Notes under the pieces: model-generated
The model's input: the letters and a program-made list of their open reading frames with translations, nothing else
What the model was told of the DNA's origin: nothing
Databases searched by the model: none
Part shown: one piece after another, positions 9,113 to 19,498 of the stretch
Layout: every line of letters starts with the position of its first letter
Numbering within the stretch: position 1 is the first letter of the stretch
UHGV virus genome: UHGV-0038722
DNA length: 29,986 nucleotides
Reading direction: 5' to 3' (one strand)
From: a virus
Position numbers and translations under genes: made by a program

Positions 9113-10530
9113 TACTCGATCCTTATCTGGCAGCCTGACAGAGTGACAGGTGACTTCGTGATAACGCGCAATCTGAAGCCGACATTTTTCCTGATGCGCC
9201 CGACTCGCTTCCACAAAACGCGTTTGTCGTAAACGAACGGTTCATTCTGCTCAATCATCTGCTCACGACCGTAATTTATGCCGTCAGTGGTTGCAGAGAG
9301 GAACAGGCGGTCGGCGTACTGCGCAACGCCAGTTGACGATTCAACCTCAAGGTCGAAAACTCTGGCGTTATCCGCTTTGAACAGTGGAGTAAACAGCAGG
9401 TGTTCCTGTTGCTTGTCGTACTGGCTGCTGATATCGAATTGCAATTTCCCGGTCGCGGGTTCCAGTTTATCGCCGCACGTTATCTGATTGCCTTCGTAAA
9501 TGAAGTCGATAGCGCGGTACACATCGTCATACAGGCCTGTTTTCAGCACACACCATTGCGGACCATTGGCGCTTGAAGATGCGTCGTACACGAGGACATG
9601 ACGCGGAAGGTGGATAATCAGCAACTCATGAGCATCAAATCGCAGAGACTCCATCACGCCATCAGCCAGTTCATCAGCAGTGTAGGAGCGGAGAATTTTC
9701 TCAATGCTCGCGCTGGCGATTGGTGATACCTGACCGGAGCCGATGATGTATACAGACGGCGCACCCGTTGCCGGATTGCTGATGAAAGCATAAGAATCAG
9801 CGAATGGTGTTTTGCAGTAAGTCCCGGCAATACCTTTCTGCACCATCAGCGATGGCTGTGCGACATACAAAGCGGCACCAACGGTGGTTGCACCAGTCAG
9901 GGAGAAATATTCAATCGTCGATGAACCAAAGCAGACGATGAAGTCTCGCCATGTTCCGATACCGATGATGCCGTCCGGCTGCGATTCTGCGCGATATTGT
10001 GCGCTGTAGCGGTCAGGATGCGATTCGTCTTCAAGATCAGTGATAAACCATGAATCAGTGCCGTCTTTTGACCACGCATACCGCCCACGTAAGCGCGTAA
10101 TGTCACGGACCGAACCTAATTCATACTGCGTGAATCCGCTGTCTGTAGGCCAGTTTGAGACGGTTTTAACCGTGCCATCATAGCGATACTCGACCAGTTG
10201 ACCATTAACGCCTACCGCCTGAGATGTTCGACCATGCGCCATTGATACGCGACCACTTCCGGCAACATCGCCGACTTCACTTTCTCCTTTGTAGAGCTTG
10301 CCACCACACACGCGATAAACAGCATTCTGCGCCATGTTGTACTCGACGCCTCGCGATACGCCGTTCACGTCAGAGCGTTTGGCAATGCCCGGGAATGAGC
10401 GAAGATATCCGCTGCTGTTGAGGATTTCTTTGGGTGTAGCCAGCATATTCACTGGAAGATAGTCGATATAGTCGGCGTTTCGAAAGTCTTTGCCGACACC
10501 TTTCATAAGCGGAAGTTGCTGAATCGGCAT
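9112..10530 (-). CDS. Head completion / DNA stabilization protein, P22 gp10-like
   Basis: 472-aa ORF, same length as P22 gp10, at conserved position after gp4. Confidence 0.8.
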   Translation of the reverse strand: MPIQQLPLMKGVGKDFRNADYIDYLPVNMLATPKEILNSSGYLRSFPGIAKRSDVNGVSRGVEYNMAQNAVYRVCGGKLYKGESEVGDVAGSGRVSMAHGRTSQAVGVNGQLVEYRYDGTVKTVSNWPTDSGFTQYELGSVRDITRLRGRYAWSKDGTDSWFITDLEDESHPDRYSAQYRAESQPDGIIGIGTWRDFIVCFGSSTIEYFSLTGATTVGAALYVAQPSLMVQKGIAGTYCKTPFADSYAFISNPATGAPSVYIIGSGQVSPIASASIEKILRSYTADELADGVMESLRFDAHELLIIHLPRHVLVYDASSSANGPQWCVLKTGLYDDVYRAIDFIYEGNQITCGDKLEPATGKLQFDISSQYDKQQEHLLFTPLFKADNARVFDLEVESSTGVAQYADRLFLSATTDGINYGREQMIEQNEPFVYDKRVLWKRVGRIRKNVGFRLRVITKSPVTLSGCQIRIE

Positions 10531-10539
10531 TTATTCACC

Positions 10540-11001
10540 TCACGTACTCGGATCATCTTTCTCGATGTAAAACCGATTCCACGTAAACGCGCTTTTGTTA
10601 CCACTACCGCGAGGCATGTCATTTCGCCGCTCAAGTGGTGGTATTTTGGTTAAAGCGATACAGATTGTTTGATATGCACTGTCAGCAGCGGTAAGGAGAG
10701 CGTCTGACGGCTGAATGACGTTATCCATGCACACTTGCACAGCGAGTTTCAAAGCGACGCCATCATTTGCCCATGCAGGGATGCCTGAATCATCGTCAGG
10801 TAACGGCATGATGCCGTTTTCTGTATCAGCAAACTGATACCCAAGCTCGATACCTTTCGCCTGCCATGCTGCCATCATGTCTTCGAGGTCATTAATGGCA
10901 TCTTCAATTGCCTGAGGGTCAGCATCTGTCAACGTGGCATTGGAATACAGCCCGGCTTTTCGTAAAGCCTTTAGAACGATATCACCCTTCGTTTTCGCCA
11001 T
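10540..11001 (-). CDS. Head completion / DNA stabilization protein, P22 gp4-like
   Basis: 153-aa ORF; position after coat gene; similarity to P22 gp4 from memory. Confidence 0.7.
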   Translation of the reverse strand: MAKTKGDIVLKALRKAGLYSNATLTDADPQAIEDAINDLEDMMAAWQAKGIELGYQFADTENGIMPLPDDDSGIPAWANDGVALKLAVQVCMDNVIQPSDALLTAADSAYQTICIALTKIPPLERRNDMPRGSGNKSAFTWNRFYIEKDDPST

Positions 11002-11170
11002 CTTCTTCCGCCTTAGCCACTTTTTGCTTCGTTGCGGTTTCTTCAGGAGTTTTTACCCAACCTTTTTTCAGGTGAGATTTAACTTCTTCGTCATCAACAA
11101 TGATGTAATCGACAGCAAACTGACCACAGGTGATCATGTTGCCAGGCTTATAGAGCATTGTTCGTGCCAT
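10982..11170 (-). CDS. Small hypothetical protein between coat and gp4
   Basis: 62 aa from internal ATG at 11170 (MARTMLYKPGN...), GGGAGAAG SD; acidic C-terminus; sits just downstream of the post-coat terminator. Confidence 0.45.
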   Translation of the reverse strand: MARTMLYKPGNMITCGQFAVDYIIVDDEEVKSHLKKGWVKTPEETATKQKVAKAEEDGENEG

Positions 11171-11181
11171 TGTCTTCTCCC

Positions 11182-11205
11182 AATAAAAATGGGGCCGAAG
11201 CCCCA
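11182..11205 (-). terminator. Rho-independent terminator immediately downstream of coat gene
   Basis: Hairpin ggggc-cgaa-gcccc (11191-11204) followed on minus strand by AUUUUUAUU. Confidence 0.7.
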
Positions 11206-11211
11206 CCAAAA

Positions 11212-12465
11212 TTACTGCCCGGCAATAACGATGCCCGTATATTCAGGAACCAGTACAGAGCAACCGTACAGAGTGGTGAAACGCGCAGTGGTTACGCCTT
11301 TGATGTGGTCGAAGGCGTAAGACATGATCAGCGTAGCGCCCTGCTCGGTGGTTGCCGTCATTACCTGTGGACCCTGACCAGTTGGGAACGCCAGTTTGCC
11401 GTACATCAGTTCAACAGAACCATCAGCCCAGAACAGGTTGGCCGGTGCGGCATTTTTGTTGAGAATGGTGATTGCTGCGCTACTTGCCGCATTAGCATCA
11501 ACGTTTGCATATGGACGGCTGGCGACATCCGCGTTGTCAGGCGGCAGAATTTTCGGGGAGATAGTTACTGTCGTTCCGCTAACTGCCAGAACGCGGAATA
11601 CCTGCGGCTGCCCGGTGGTATCTTTGGTGATCTGGTGTACGGAATTCACCCCTGCGATGGTAAACGCATCGCCAACCTGCAAACCTTCAGCAGATACCGT
11701 AATGGTCCCCTGTCGGTTATCCACTGGCATATCGTTAGCATCTTTCGCTTCAACCTTGTGCGCAGGTGCTGCTGCCAGCGTAATGGAAGTTGCTGTACCC
11801 TTCGGAACACGACCAGAAATATCGGTCTTGTAGCTATCGAAGGACGCAACCGGAGGGATTTGCGCTTTTTCGTATGCTGTCAGGGTTGCGCCCTGAGCAT
11901 AGGCACGGTGACCAAGCTCGCCAGCAAGGTCTTTATAGTTGAAGGGGTTCCAGAAAGAGCGGCGGTTGATACCCTGTGGTACACCAATCGCCGTCATGGT
12001 GGCATCAATACCTGCCGCACAGTTCCACAAATCACGGCCCTGTGAACCAGTGGTTGAGTCAGCCATTGTGATCACGTTAGTAGCACGCTGCGTGACCATG
12101 GAAATCAGGTCAGAGTCAATCTGTGCAGCAAGGCGCATACCTGCGGCGCGACCAGCTTCAGTTTTATGTTCAGGGTCACGCATTTCACGCGCATCCAGAG
12201 TGTACAGAATGTTTTTCGGCTCCTTGAACACAGAAGGAACAAGGCGCTGAACCAGTGCTGTTGGCGTTTTGCTGCTGAGATCGAGGCCTTCTTCAATGTT
12301 CATGTGGTAATGCTGCGGACGATACAGAACATCACCTGCTCGCTGCATTGCAGTATCACCGGGACGGAATTTTTTAGCGTTACGGGAAACTACGCAGGCG
12401 GCCTCAAAGCCTTCAACGTAGTTTTCGAACATGATTTCAAGGTCTTTTGCTAATTGGTTAGCCAT
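11212..12465 (-). CDS. Major capsid (coat) protein, P22 gp5/Sf6-like
   Basis: 417-aa ORF at coat position after scaffold; length and position typical of P22-like coat proteins. Confidence 0.8.
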   Translation of the reverse strand: MANQLAKDLEIMFENYVEGFEAACVVSRNAKKFRPGDTAMQRAGDVLYRPQHYHMNIEEGLDLSSKTPTALVQRLVPSVFKEPKNILYTLDAREMRDPEHKTEAGRAAGMRLAAQIDSDLISMVTQRATNVITMADSTTGSQGRDLWNCAAGIDATMTAIGVPQGINRRSFWNPFNYKDLAGELGHRAYAQGATLTAYEKAQIPPVASFDSYKTDISGRVPKGTATSITLAAAPAHKVEAKDANDMPVDNRQGTITVSAEGLQVGDAFTIAGVNSVHQITKDTTGQPQVFRVLAVSGTTVTISPKILPPDNADVASRPYANVDANAASSAAITILNKNAAPANLFWADGSVELMYGKLAFPTGQGPQVMTATTEQGATLIMSYAFDHIKGVTTARFTTLYGCSVLVPEYTGIVIAGQ

Positions 12466-12483
12466 GCTTAATGCTCCGATAGG

Positions 12484-13377
12484 TTATTTTTTTGCCTTTT
12501 TAGCGGCGAAATACGGCGTCCAGTCACCAGTTTCCAGCGCCTTGGCTTTCAATTTGTCGAGGTTGTTGATTACTGCGCCGTTGCTCCCCTTAACCGTCGG
12601 GGTTGTGGCTGCCGTGGTTTTTGCTTTTGGCATGATTCTGGCCTTCGATTCGATACGTTCCAGCAGACGACCAATTGCTACGGGGTTGGTAGCTTCTGCC
12701 AGTTGCTTGCGCAGTTCAGCGTTGCGACCAAGCGCCAGAACAACGATTTCCGGCTTCTCTGACTCAAACAGGATCGCGTTTTGTGTCTCGATGGGAACTT
12801 CCTCGAGTACGGCCTGCTCAGCTTCCTGATAGCCAGGAACTTTGAGAGCCTTAACACGTTGCTGATATTTGGATAATCGCTCTTGATAGGCAACCTGAAT
12901 CTCCTGCTCCTTCTGCTTGCGAGCCATCTCCTGTTGCTGGTACTTGCCGTTATCCTCTGCCCACTTAGCCATGCGTTGCTGGTAGATTTCTTCATCGAAA
13001 CCGATGTCCTCATCATCCAGTTTTGGCATTCGCGGTGGTTGAGTGATTACCGGCTGCTGCTCGACGGGTTTCTGAGACTGACGCATCAGCTCTTTCAGCT
13101 CGCGGTCTTTCTCTTTAATCGTCTTGCGCAGGTGTTTTACCAGTCCATGCTCTGCGCCATCTTCGCTGGTTGGCGAATCCAGCTTTTCGTCACCAAAGTA
13201 GAATTCCTGTTCTGATTCGTCGTCATCAGTGTCAGTAGCTTCCTCTGCATCATTTCCTGAGGACTCACTGCCATCTTCTGTTTCGACTTCTTCAGCCAGT
13301 TCGACATCATCAGGAATCTGCTCTGACGCGTCGGTTTCGATTTCAACTTCTGGTGTGTTTTCTGCCATCTGGTCCAT
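12484..13377 (-). CDS. Scaffolding protein
   Basis: 297-aa ORF, highly acidic N-terminus, charged helical K/E/Q-rich body; between portal and coat. Confidence 0.8.
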   Translation of the reverse strand: MDQMAENTPEVEIETDASEQIPDDVELAEEVETEDGSESSGNDAEEATDTDDDESEQEFYFGDEKLDSPTSEDGAEHGLVKHLRKTIKEKDRELKELMRQSQKPVEQQPVITQPPRMPKLDDEDIGFDEEIYQQRMAKWAEDNGKYQQQEMARKQKEQEIQVAYQERLSKYQQRVKALKVPGYQEAEQAVLEEVPIETQNAILFESEKPEIVVLALGRNAELRKQLAEATNPVAIGRLLERIESKARIMPKAKTTAATTPTVKGSNGAVINNLDKLKAKALETGDWTPYFAAKKAKK

Positions 13378-13467
13378 TTGTTACCCCTGTTTACTCGATG
13401 TTCAGCCCATCGGAAGGCAATAGGGTGCCAGGCCTCATAAAGACAGCCATTGCACGTTATGGGTTAA

Positions 13468-15666
13468 TTACTGCTGTGGTTGTTGCTGAGTTGATTTTTG
13501 CAGGATGCTGCTGATGTCCATGCGCTGCGCATGACCCTGTGCCTGACTTTTCAGGACAAGCTCTGCATCAGCACGGGCATTGTCTCCTTGCTGTTGCTGG
13601 AACTGTCCGAGCAGTTTCAGAGCCTCGCGGATATCAGATTTCTGCTGGCTATCGGCAGATGCGAGGATTTTCACAACGTTTGCCGCTGCAACCTGAGCAT
13701 CAGTCTGTGCCTGGAATGCTTTAACCTGAATGGCTGCCTGTTCGTTCTGCGCTTTCTGCAATTCAGCCTGACCTGCAAGAAGCTGACCTTGCGCTGCAAC
13801 CATAGCCGGATCTGGCTGACTGGCCTGTTGTTGTTTCGCCTGCTCAACCATCTGCTGTTCTTCTGGTGTTCTCGGCTTGATAACTCCAGACAGAAGCAAC
13901 TGATTGCGGTTGTATTCTTTAAGGTCGTCCATCCCTTCGCCGTCCATATTGTCGAGAATCATCGACGATACAAGGTCGTGCTTCGGCGTTCCTGGTGGGA
14001 TAAGTGCCAGCATGGAAAGTAACGACTTAACCGTTGCATCACGGCGAGTAGAGAACGACTGACCAACATCGACAGTCACTTCATAGTTACCCTGCGAAAG
14101 GTCGTTAAGCGCGATAACCTGCCCTGTCTGACGGTCAACCACTTCACCAGTCATCAACGCCACGTCATCGCTGCCGTCCTCATTAACAATGCGCATTGGC
14201 GTATCGCTGCCATAGACTTCACGAGCCATAGAAAGCCACACGACGCCAGCGCGGCGCATGGATTTAGCCATGTTGTCCATGTAGATATAGGACTGCGTGT
14301 CCATCCGGTTAAAGATGCTATCAACGGTATCGGTAGCGACGTTGCTCGGCATATTCTCAAGCTGCGACGCACCTGTAATTTGCTGAATAGCCGTTCCGGT
14401 GTACTGCAATAGCCCGGCAAGAGCAGGAGGCATTTGTGTCGGAGGTGTATAACTGCTGACCTGAGCCTGCGCAGTAATATCTCCGTTTTTGTTTTTCAGA
14501 CTTACCATCGGCAGGAACGCCGGGCGCTTTTTGTTGCGCTCCGCCCAATGATTGGCGAGAGGACCAGGAATCATGTCAACATCAACTACAGGAATGCCAT
14601 CACCGCCAGCCTGAGTAGCGTTATCTGCAATCATGGAAACCATCAGGTTCTCAAGACGCTGTGCATCCATCGCTTTTGCTGCGTGGCCTTCGATTCGCTC
14701 CTGATTATCAACAAATGAGCGACGCCCATATACCGGGATGAGTGGAATATGTTCTCCCGGAATACGCTTTGGTTCTTCCAGCCATTCAGCGCCAGACAGA
14801 AGGCCGCAATAAACGCGGCGTTTCTTCACCGTTCGCTCACCAATCAGTTCGAATGCGCCATCGGTTAGCTCGTCGACAACATCTTTGATTTGCTCTTCAT
14901 CATAGATTGCCGTTTCTCCGCTAACAGGGTTGCGCCACGCCGTGAGCTTCACCTTCTCTATGCGAACTTCGTAGTAGCGTCCAACATAGATGGCATCGGG
15001 CGTTGACCAGTCATATTGAGTGCCAGTGTCATCACGAGAAAGGCTTGCCGCGATGGAATCAGGGTATTCAGCCTCGAACGCTTTAGGCGTCATGGAGAAC
15101 ATTTCCATAGCCCACATAGCATCAGAGCGGTCATATTGCTTGCTGTCCTGATCGAAGAAGACGCATGTCGCTGGGTCGTAAACAGGAAGAAGGCTGATGC
15201 GTCGCTGCTCGTTACTCGGATCCATTTCATCTTCGTAATCAGCACACATGCGGAAACAACCGAATCCGCCCGTTACAGCATCATCAAATGCGTTATCACA
15301 CGCTTCGCCACCGGATGTTTCCTGATAATCAGCGCGGAATTTGCCGTTCATCTTTTCGGCTAACGCTTCCGATGCCTTGTCATCCTTCGGCCTGAATTTA
15401 ACGCTGATGCGATTCTGCCGATACTCGCCAATGATGCGATCACATTCACGGGAAATCTTATTCAGTTCAAAACGCGGATAATGCTCAAACCTGCCTTCAT
15501 CAAATGAGTAACCAGCGTTTGTGCTGCCTTCCCACTGTGCGCCGGACACCCGGACGAAACGTTGAGCCTCAATAATCTGCTCACGCATATCCTGCGTTGC
15601 TGACCAGGCATTATCAAAGTTGCACAGCACCTTGCGATGCCAGTCAGTCATCTTTTTTTCTGCCAT
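13468..15666 (-). CDS. Portal protein, P22 gp1-like
   Basis: 732-aa ORF after terL; long Q/A-rich helical C-terminus typical of P22-like portal barrel. Confidence 0.85.
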   Translation of the reverse strand: MAEKKMTDWHRKVLCNFDNAWSATQDMREQIIEAQRFVRVSGAQWEGSTNAGYSFDEGRFEHYPRFELNKISRECDRIIGEYRQNRISVKFRPKDDKASEALAEKMNGKFRADYQETSGGEACDNAFDDAVTGGFGCFRMCADYEDEMDPSNEQRRISLLPVYDPATCVFFDQDSKQYDRSDAMWAMEMFSMTPKAFEAEYPDSIAASLSRDDTGTQYDWSTPDAIYVGRYYEVRIEKVKLTAWRNPVSGETAIYDEEQIKDVVDELTDGAFELIGERTVKKRRVYCGLLSGAEWLEEPKRIPGEHIPLIPVYGRRSFVDNQERIEGHAAKAMDAQRLENLMVSMIADNATQAGGDGIPVVDVDMIPGPLANHWAERNKKRPAFLPMVSLKNKNGDITAQAQVSSYTPPTQMPPALAGLLQYTGTAIQQITGASQLENMPSNVATDTVDSIFNRMDTQSYIYMDNMAKSMRRAGVVWLSMAREVYGSDTPMRIVNEDGSDDVALMTGEVVDRQTGQVIALNDLSQGNYEVTVDVGQSFSTRRDATVKSLLSMLALIPPGTPKHDLVSSMILDNMDGEGMDDLKEYNRNQLLLSGVIKPRTPEEQQMVEQAKQQQASQPDPAMVAAQGQLLAGQAELQKAQNEQAAIQVKAFQAQTDAQVAAANVVKILASADSQQKSDIREALKLLGQFQQQQGDNARADAELVLKSQAQGHAQRMDISSILQKSTQQQPQQ

Positions 15667-15667
15667 A

Positions 15668-17083
15668 TCAACCTACACCACAAGGAATTGAGTAACTGGA
15701 ATAGTCGGGTTGCGCAGCCGACTCCGGGCAATGCATACACATCATCAGCGCATCAGCCAGGTTAGGAGATGGAATACCGAGCTTCTGCTTCATTTCGACC
15801 TTAGTCATAAGCTCCAGCTTCCCGTTATTATTGAATTTGCGCTGAATCTGCGTCAGTTCTGCAAACAGCTTCTCCAGCATCTTCTCGCCTATCGCTTCTT
15901 TGTCGAAACTCAGCATGTCGTCGGGGTCTGCATACTCACCGTGGACAACCGCCCGATATGTCAGATACAGCCTGTCAGCCAGCGCGTAATAGAATTGCGC
16001 TCGCTTATTGCGGAACACATCGCCAATAGTGCGAACGTTGTCGCCCTGTACGACTTCATCAGCCCATGCTCCGGCCTGATACGGTGCATCTTCATCGAAT
16101 GGCGATTCGCTGCCCTTAAACATCGTGGCGGTGATTTTCTTACCGGAGAATGCTTCCGTTGTCTGTCTGCGCAGCCCCGCACCAACACCATCACCATCCC
16201 ACAAATAGTGGTCAGCGCCGTCTTCAATAGCCAGCGAAGTTGCCCAGTCAGCACCTTCATTGATGTCCATCAGCAGGCCTTCGGCAATGCGCTTAACTAC
16301 CGAACCGTGACGCGATGCGTAACCTTTAGCATCTGGCCCTGTATCTGACGGGTCATGTGCAGAAACAACAGCGCCTTTCGCTTTCCATCCGAGTTTCTTG
16401 TGCGCATCGGTTGCGGCTTCAAGCCATTCACGTTTGATGATTGCCATATCACTTGCGCTCACTGGCTCACCAAGCCAGATGTGACGATACAGTGTCGGAT
16501 TTCTGCGTTTACACTCTTCCATCTCCAGACGGAGAACTTCAGGAAAATGCGGGTTGTCGGTGTAGTTCACTGTCAGCAGACAAATATCATCGGGAGGATT
16601 TACGACGAATCGCTGATAGGTATCGTCGAGTGTGTTCTTCGGGTTAAAGCTCACCCATATTTCGGAAAACGGCTTGCGGATGGTTGGTATCAGGATGTCC
16701 CATGATTCCTTCGTTACCGCTTCCGCTTCTTCCACCCAGCAGATATCAATGCCTTCGAGCGATTTAATCTTCGTCGGGTTGTTTTTTATGCCGTAGAACA
16801 TGAATTCAGCATTCGTTCCGAGATGACGAATCATTGAACGCTGAATTTCAAACTCAGCCGAATACCCTTCACGCTCGATGGTATCTTCAAGCAACCGGAT
16901 TACCGAATCGCTGATACTGTTTTGCAGCTCACGAGCGCAAAGTATGCGCACAGGCTGCCGACGCGCCGCTTCAACAAGCAGCCTCGCAATTGCCCATGAC
17001 TTACCGCTACCTCGACCGCCTTTGGCGACTTTGTAGCGATGCGCCTCAATGAACGGTTCAAAGATAGGATTAATCGTGGTCAT
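15668..17083 (-). CDS. terL: Terminase large subunit
   Basis: 471-aa ORF; Walker A KGGRGSGKS near N-terminus; overlaps terS by 4 nt; Sf6 gp2-like. Confidence 0.9.
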   Translation of the reverse strand: MTTINPIFEPFIEAHRYKVAKGGRGSGKSWAIARLLVEAARRQPVRILCARELQNSISDSVIRLLEDTIEREGYSAEFEIQRSMIRHLGTNAEFMFYGIKNNPTKIKSLEGIDICWVEEAEAVTKESWDILIPTIRKPFSEIWVSFNPKNTLDDTYQRFVVNPPDDICLLTVNYTDNPHFPEVLRLEMEECKRRNPTLYRHIWLGEPVSASDMAIIKREWLEAATDAHKKLGWKAKGAVVSAHDPSDTGPDAKGYASRHGSVVKRIAEGLLMDINEGADWATSLAIEDGADHYLWDGDGVGAGLRRQTTEAFSGKKITATMFKGSESPFDEDAPYQAGAWADEVVQGDNVRTIGDVFRNKRAQFYYALADRLYLTYRAVVHGEYADPDDMLSFDKEAIGEKMLEKLFAELTQIQRKFNNNGKLELMTKVEMKQKLGIPSPNLADALMMCMHCPESAAQPDYSSYSIPCGVG

Positions 17084-17505
17084 TTTCCGAATAGAGTGCT
17101 CATCGGTGATGTTTCAATCTGAATTGCGCCGCCGTCTTTGCCGACAAGCTCATTAGTTACCTTGTCGCCATACTTACGGGGATTCATTCGGGCCAGCGCC
17201 CATTTGCGGGTATCAACGCGAAGTCTTGCCTTTGCCACCTCGGCGGCATCAGGGATTACGTCGTCAGCAATTTCGAATATCTCTTCGAAAATAGAGTCGG
17301 CCCGAGTCTCTGTTGCCTTCGCGTACTGGTCACGAAACTCCTGATGTTCAGCCAGCCAGCGAAAAACTGATGTTTTGCTCGGCATTCCTGGGCGTTCGCA
17401 AACTTTGCGCAGACTCTCACCGGAGGAAAGCAATGCGCAAATGTCATTAGCCACCTCCGGCATATAATCAGAGGGGCGACCACCTTTCTTTTTCTCAGTC
17501 GCCAT
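17080..17505 (-). CDS. terS: Terminase small subunit (Sf6 gp1-like)
   Basis: 141-aa ORF; N-terminus MATEKKKGGRPSDYMPEVANDICALLSSGESLRKVCERPGMPSKTSVFRWL matches terS HTH domain from memory. Confidence 0.85.
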   Translation of the reverse strand: MATEKKKGGRPSDYMPEVANDICALLSSGESLRKVCERPGMPSKTSVFRWLAEHQEFRDQYAKATETRADSIFEEIFEIADDVIPDAAEVAKARLRVDTRKWALARMNPRKYGDKVTNELVGKDGGAIQIETSPMSTLFGK

Positions 17506-17584
17506 ATTGATTATTTCCCTTCTGCTTGCTTATCCCATTCATCGCGGAATTTGGATGGGTTGTCGAAACCTTGAGTTGCCATGT

Positions 17585-17764
17585 TTATGCTCCGGTGGTG
17601 AACAGGTCTAACGCTTCCTTCGATTTACGCACCGCTTCGAATGTGCGGATCGTGATATCTGAATTAGCGCCGCCTGACTGGAAGTGAATTTTGAATAGCT
17701 CAAGCTTCAGTTCGTCAGTGCCAATGAATTGAAATGCTTCCTCTGCAGCTGCGTTCTGGTTCAT
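17585..17764 (-). CDS. Small hypothetical ORF upstream of terS
   Basis: 59-aa ORF (hand-translated, below track cutoff), same strand as late genes; weak SD. Confidence 0.3.
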   Translation of the reverse strand: MNQNAAAEEAFQFIGTDELKLELFKIHFQSGGANSDITIRTFEAVRKSKEALDLFTTGA

Positions 17765-17931
17765 GACCAGTTTGTAAATCTCTAACTGGAATTTCTATTC
17801 TTCAGTCATGGGAATAATCTCTGCCATTGTTGGCTCCGTTTATCCGTTAAAAGGGATATCAGTTAAGTTATCCCGTGTAGGGTATAAGCCATTATCAAAG
17901 CCACTCTGTAGGGAATGGCTTTTGTGATGGC

Positions 17932-17957
17932 AATAAAAAAGGCCGCCTGAGCGACCT
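17932..17957 (-). terminator. Rho-independent terminator between lysis-distal accessory genes and packaging genes
   Basis: Hairpin (aggccgc-ctga-gcgacct on plus strand, one G-U pair on minus) followed on minus strand by UUUUUUAU. Confidence 0.55.
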
Positions 17958-17966
17958 GTTAGTTGT

Positions 17967-18137
17967 TCACAACTTCCATTGAAGGTCCAGCATGTCGAAA
18001 AATGATCCGCATTTAGGGGGATTTTCTATTCTTGCCCTCTCTTCAGCCGCTTTGTAATAAGCCATTGGTCTTTTCACACCATCAGCACCAGTGATGTATT
18101 CAACGCCTTCCTTCGGATCTTTGTTCACGGAAACCAT
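17967..18137 (-). CDS. Small hypothetical protein
   Basis: ORF track 17967-18152 uses GTG; ATG at 18137 has GAAGAGG SD; 56 aa; no family recognised. Confidence 0.4.
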   Translation of the reverse strand: MVSVNKDPKEGVEYITGADGVKRPMAYYKAAEERARIENPPKCGSFFDMLDLQWKL

Positions 18138-18327
18138 CGCAACCTCTTCCACTTGTTTATCATCGATTCAGCGGATGTCTTTCCATCAGTCCGCCACCAC
18201 AAAGAATCTTTTTTGCCATAAGGCAGGAGGTTCATCTTTCAGTGGCTGCCAGTGTTATTTCCCCACTTACTGGCTTGGGTTGTTCCGCGGTACTGCCGTA
18301 ATGCAAAAACTGGATTAACCTGCGAAA

Positions 18328-18858
18328 TCACACCATTCCGGGCAAATACATTTGCACTTCATTTGCCGCTCTCTCACGTGCAACATGAAGCAATCTTTTT
18401 CGCCCACCAACGCCCCACTTAGCCATTTGGCTTGCGCACTGGCTTATCGCTTTGGTTTCAGTATTGATGATGTGATCGATTCTATTCAGACGGGACATTG
18501 CGCCAACGCCGAGACGGACAACCGTTTTGAAAACTTCATAAACTTCGATTTCAAATTCCGGCTTAATCCATGCTGCATATCTGATTGCCAGAAGTTCAAC
18601 ACCCCACACACCTGGTTCTGCACCACCTTTGATTATTTTAAGTGGCTGAATTTGTTCCAAAGTGCTTTTTTGCACTTTGGCCTCCAGTGCTTTTATGAAG
18701 CGTTTTATCTGCGCGCTACGCAAAAACTGGCTTGGGCGCTGTTGCTCTGTAGCCTCTCCATTTGCAACTGCTGCTGCATGGAGATCGTTTAAGTTGTAGC
18801 GTCCATCCTCATCAACACGAACGGACACACCATTGACAATAACTGTTGGGTACTTCAT
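18328..18858 (-). CDS. KilA-N domain-like phage protein (accessory gene)
   Basis: 176-aa ORF with AAGG SD; N-terminal YNLNDLHAAAV...QRPSQFLRSAQIKRFIKAL resembles KilA-N domain; located after Rz. Confidence 0.55.
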   Translation of the reverse strand: MKYPTVIVNGVSVRVDEDGRYNLNDLHAAAVANGEATEQQRPSQFLRSAQIKRFIKALEAKVQKSTLEQIQPLKIIKGGAEPGVWGVELLAIRYAAWIKPEFEIEVYEVFKTVVRLGVGAMSRLNRIDHIINTETKAISQCASQMAKWGVGGRKRLLHVARERAANEVQMYLPGMV

Positions 18859-19003
18859 CAGTAATTACCTTTTAGTGATGAACCTTGTCACACAGGATTC
18901 CGGCCCACAGAAAGGTACCGATCACCAAACCGGCATCCTCAAGGGTCATCCTGAAAGGTTCTGTGTTCATAAGTCGCGCGTGTGAAGCGCGTTTACTGCG
19001 GAC

Positions 19004-19029
19004 ATAAAAAAGCCCCGCATCGCGAGGCT
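19004..19029 (-). terminator. Rho-independent terminator downstream of Rz
   Basis: Hairpin gcctcgc-gau-gcggggc on minus strand followed by UUUUUUAU. Confidence 0.6.
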
Positions 19030-19060
19030 CATTAAATGGACTTTGTGATTTGCAAAAAAA

Positions 19061-19498
19061 TTATTTCAGGCACTGAGTCCTGATGTACTCCTGCAGGTAG
19101 TTAACCTGCGCGGTTATCCTGTCTATTCCACTTCGGAGACGGTAATAATTGAGTTCAGCATCTGCTGTAAGTCTTGGGCTTTCTCCATCGCCCATGCTGC
19201 TGGCTCCGGTCGTTGACTTTGCACAGGTGGCGGAGACTTGCAGGCGCTTACGACCAGCAGAAACATCAGCACGGAGACTTTCGATAGTCGCGTTAGCATC
19301 AGCAAGCTCCTTTGTATATCTGGCATCGAGTTCTGCTACATCACGTTGACGTTTCTGCATGTCAGCGATAATGGATGCGGCCTTATCACGCTGCTCTTTG
19401 TAGGCGATGGCGTTATCACGGTAATGATTAACAGCCCATGACAGGCAGACGATGATGCAGATAACCAGAGCGGAGATAATCGCGGTTACTCTGCTCAT
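19061..19498 (-). CDS. Rz: Spanin inner-membrane subunit Rz
   Basis: 145-aa ORF, N-terminal TM, coiled coil; near-identical to lambda Rz N-terminus from memory; overlaps R. Confidence 0.9.
   Translation of the reverse strand: MSRVTAIISALVICIIVCLSWAVNHYRDNAIAYKEQRDKAASIIADMQKRQRDVAELDARYTKELADANATIESLRADVSAGRKRLQVSATCAKSTTGASSMGDGESPRLTADAELNYYRLRSGIDRITAQVNYLQEYIRTQCLK
19123..19299 (-). CDS. Rz1: Spanin outer-membrane lipoprotein Rz1 (embedded in Rz, +1 frame)
   Basis: Embedded ORF; signal peptide with lipobox ...VVSAC, proline-rich mature region; start taken at internal Met MLTRL. Confidence 0.75.
   Translation of the reverse strand: MLTRLSKVSVLMFLLVVSACKSPPPVQSQRPEPAAWAMEKAQDLQQMLNSIITVSEVE

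Noticed and set aside
11158-12045. 295-aa plus-strand ORF
   Set aside because: Antisense to the coat gene across its whole length; Cys/Arg-rich composition typical of reverse-frame artefacts in GC-rich coding DNA
15710-16348. 212-aa plus-strand ORF
   Set aside because: Antisense within terL; no independent support
17511-17582. 23-aa ORF immediately upstream of terS
   Set aside because: Too short and without recognisable features; could be a leader peptide but there is no evidence
18352-18792. 146-aa plus-strand ORF
   Set aside because: Antisense within the KilA-N-like gene; Cys-rich low-complexity translation
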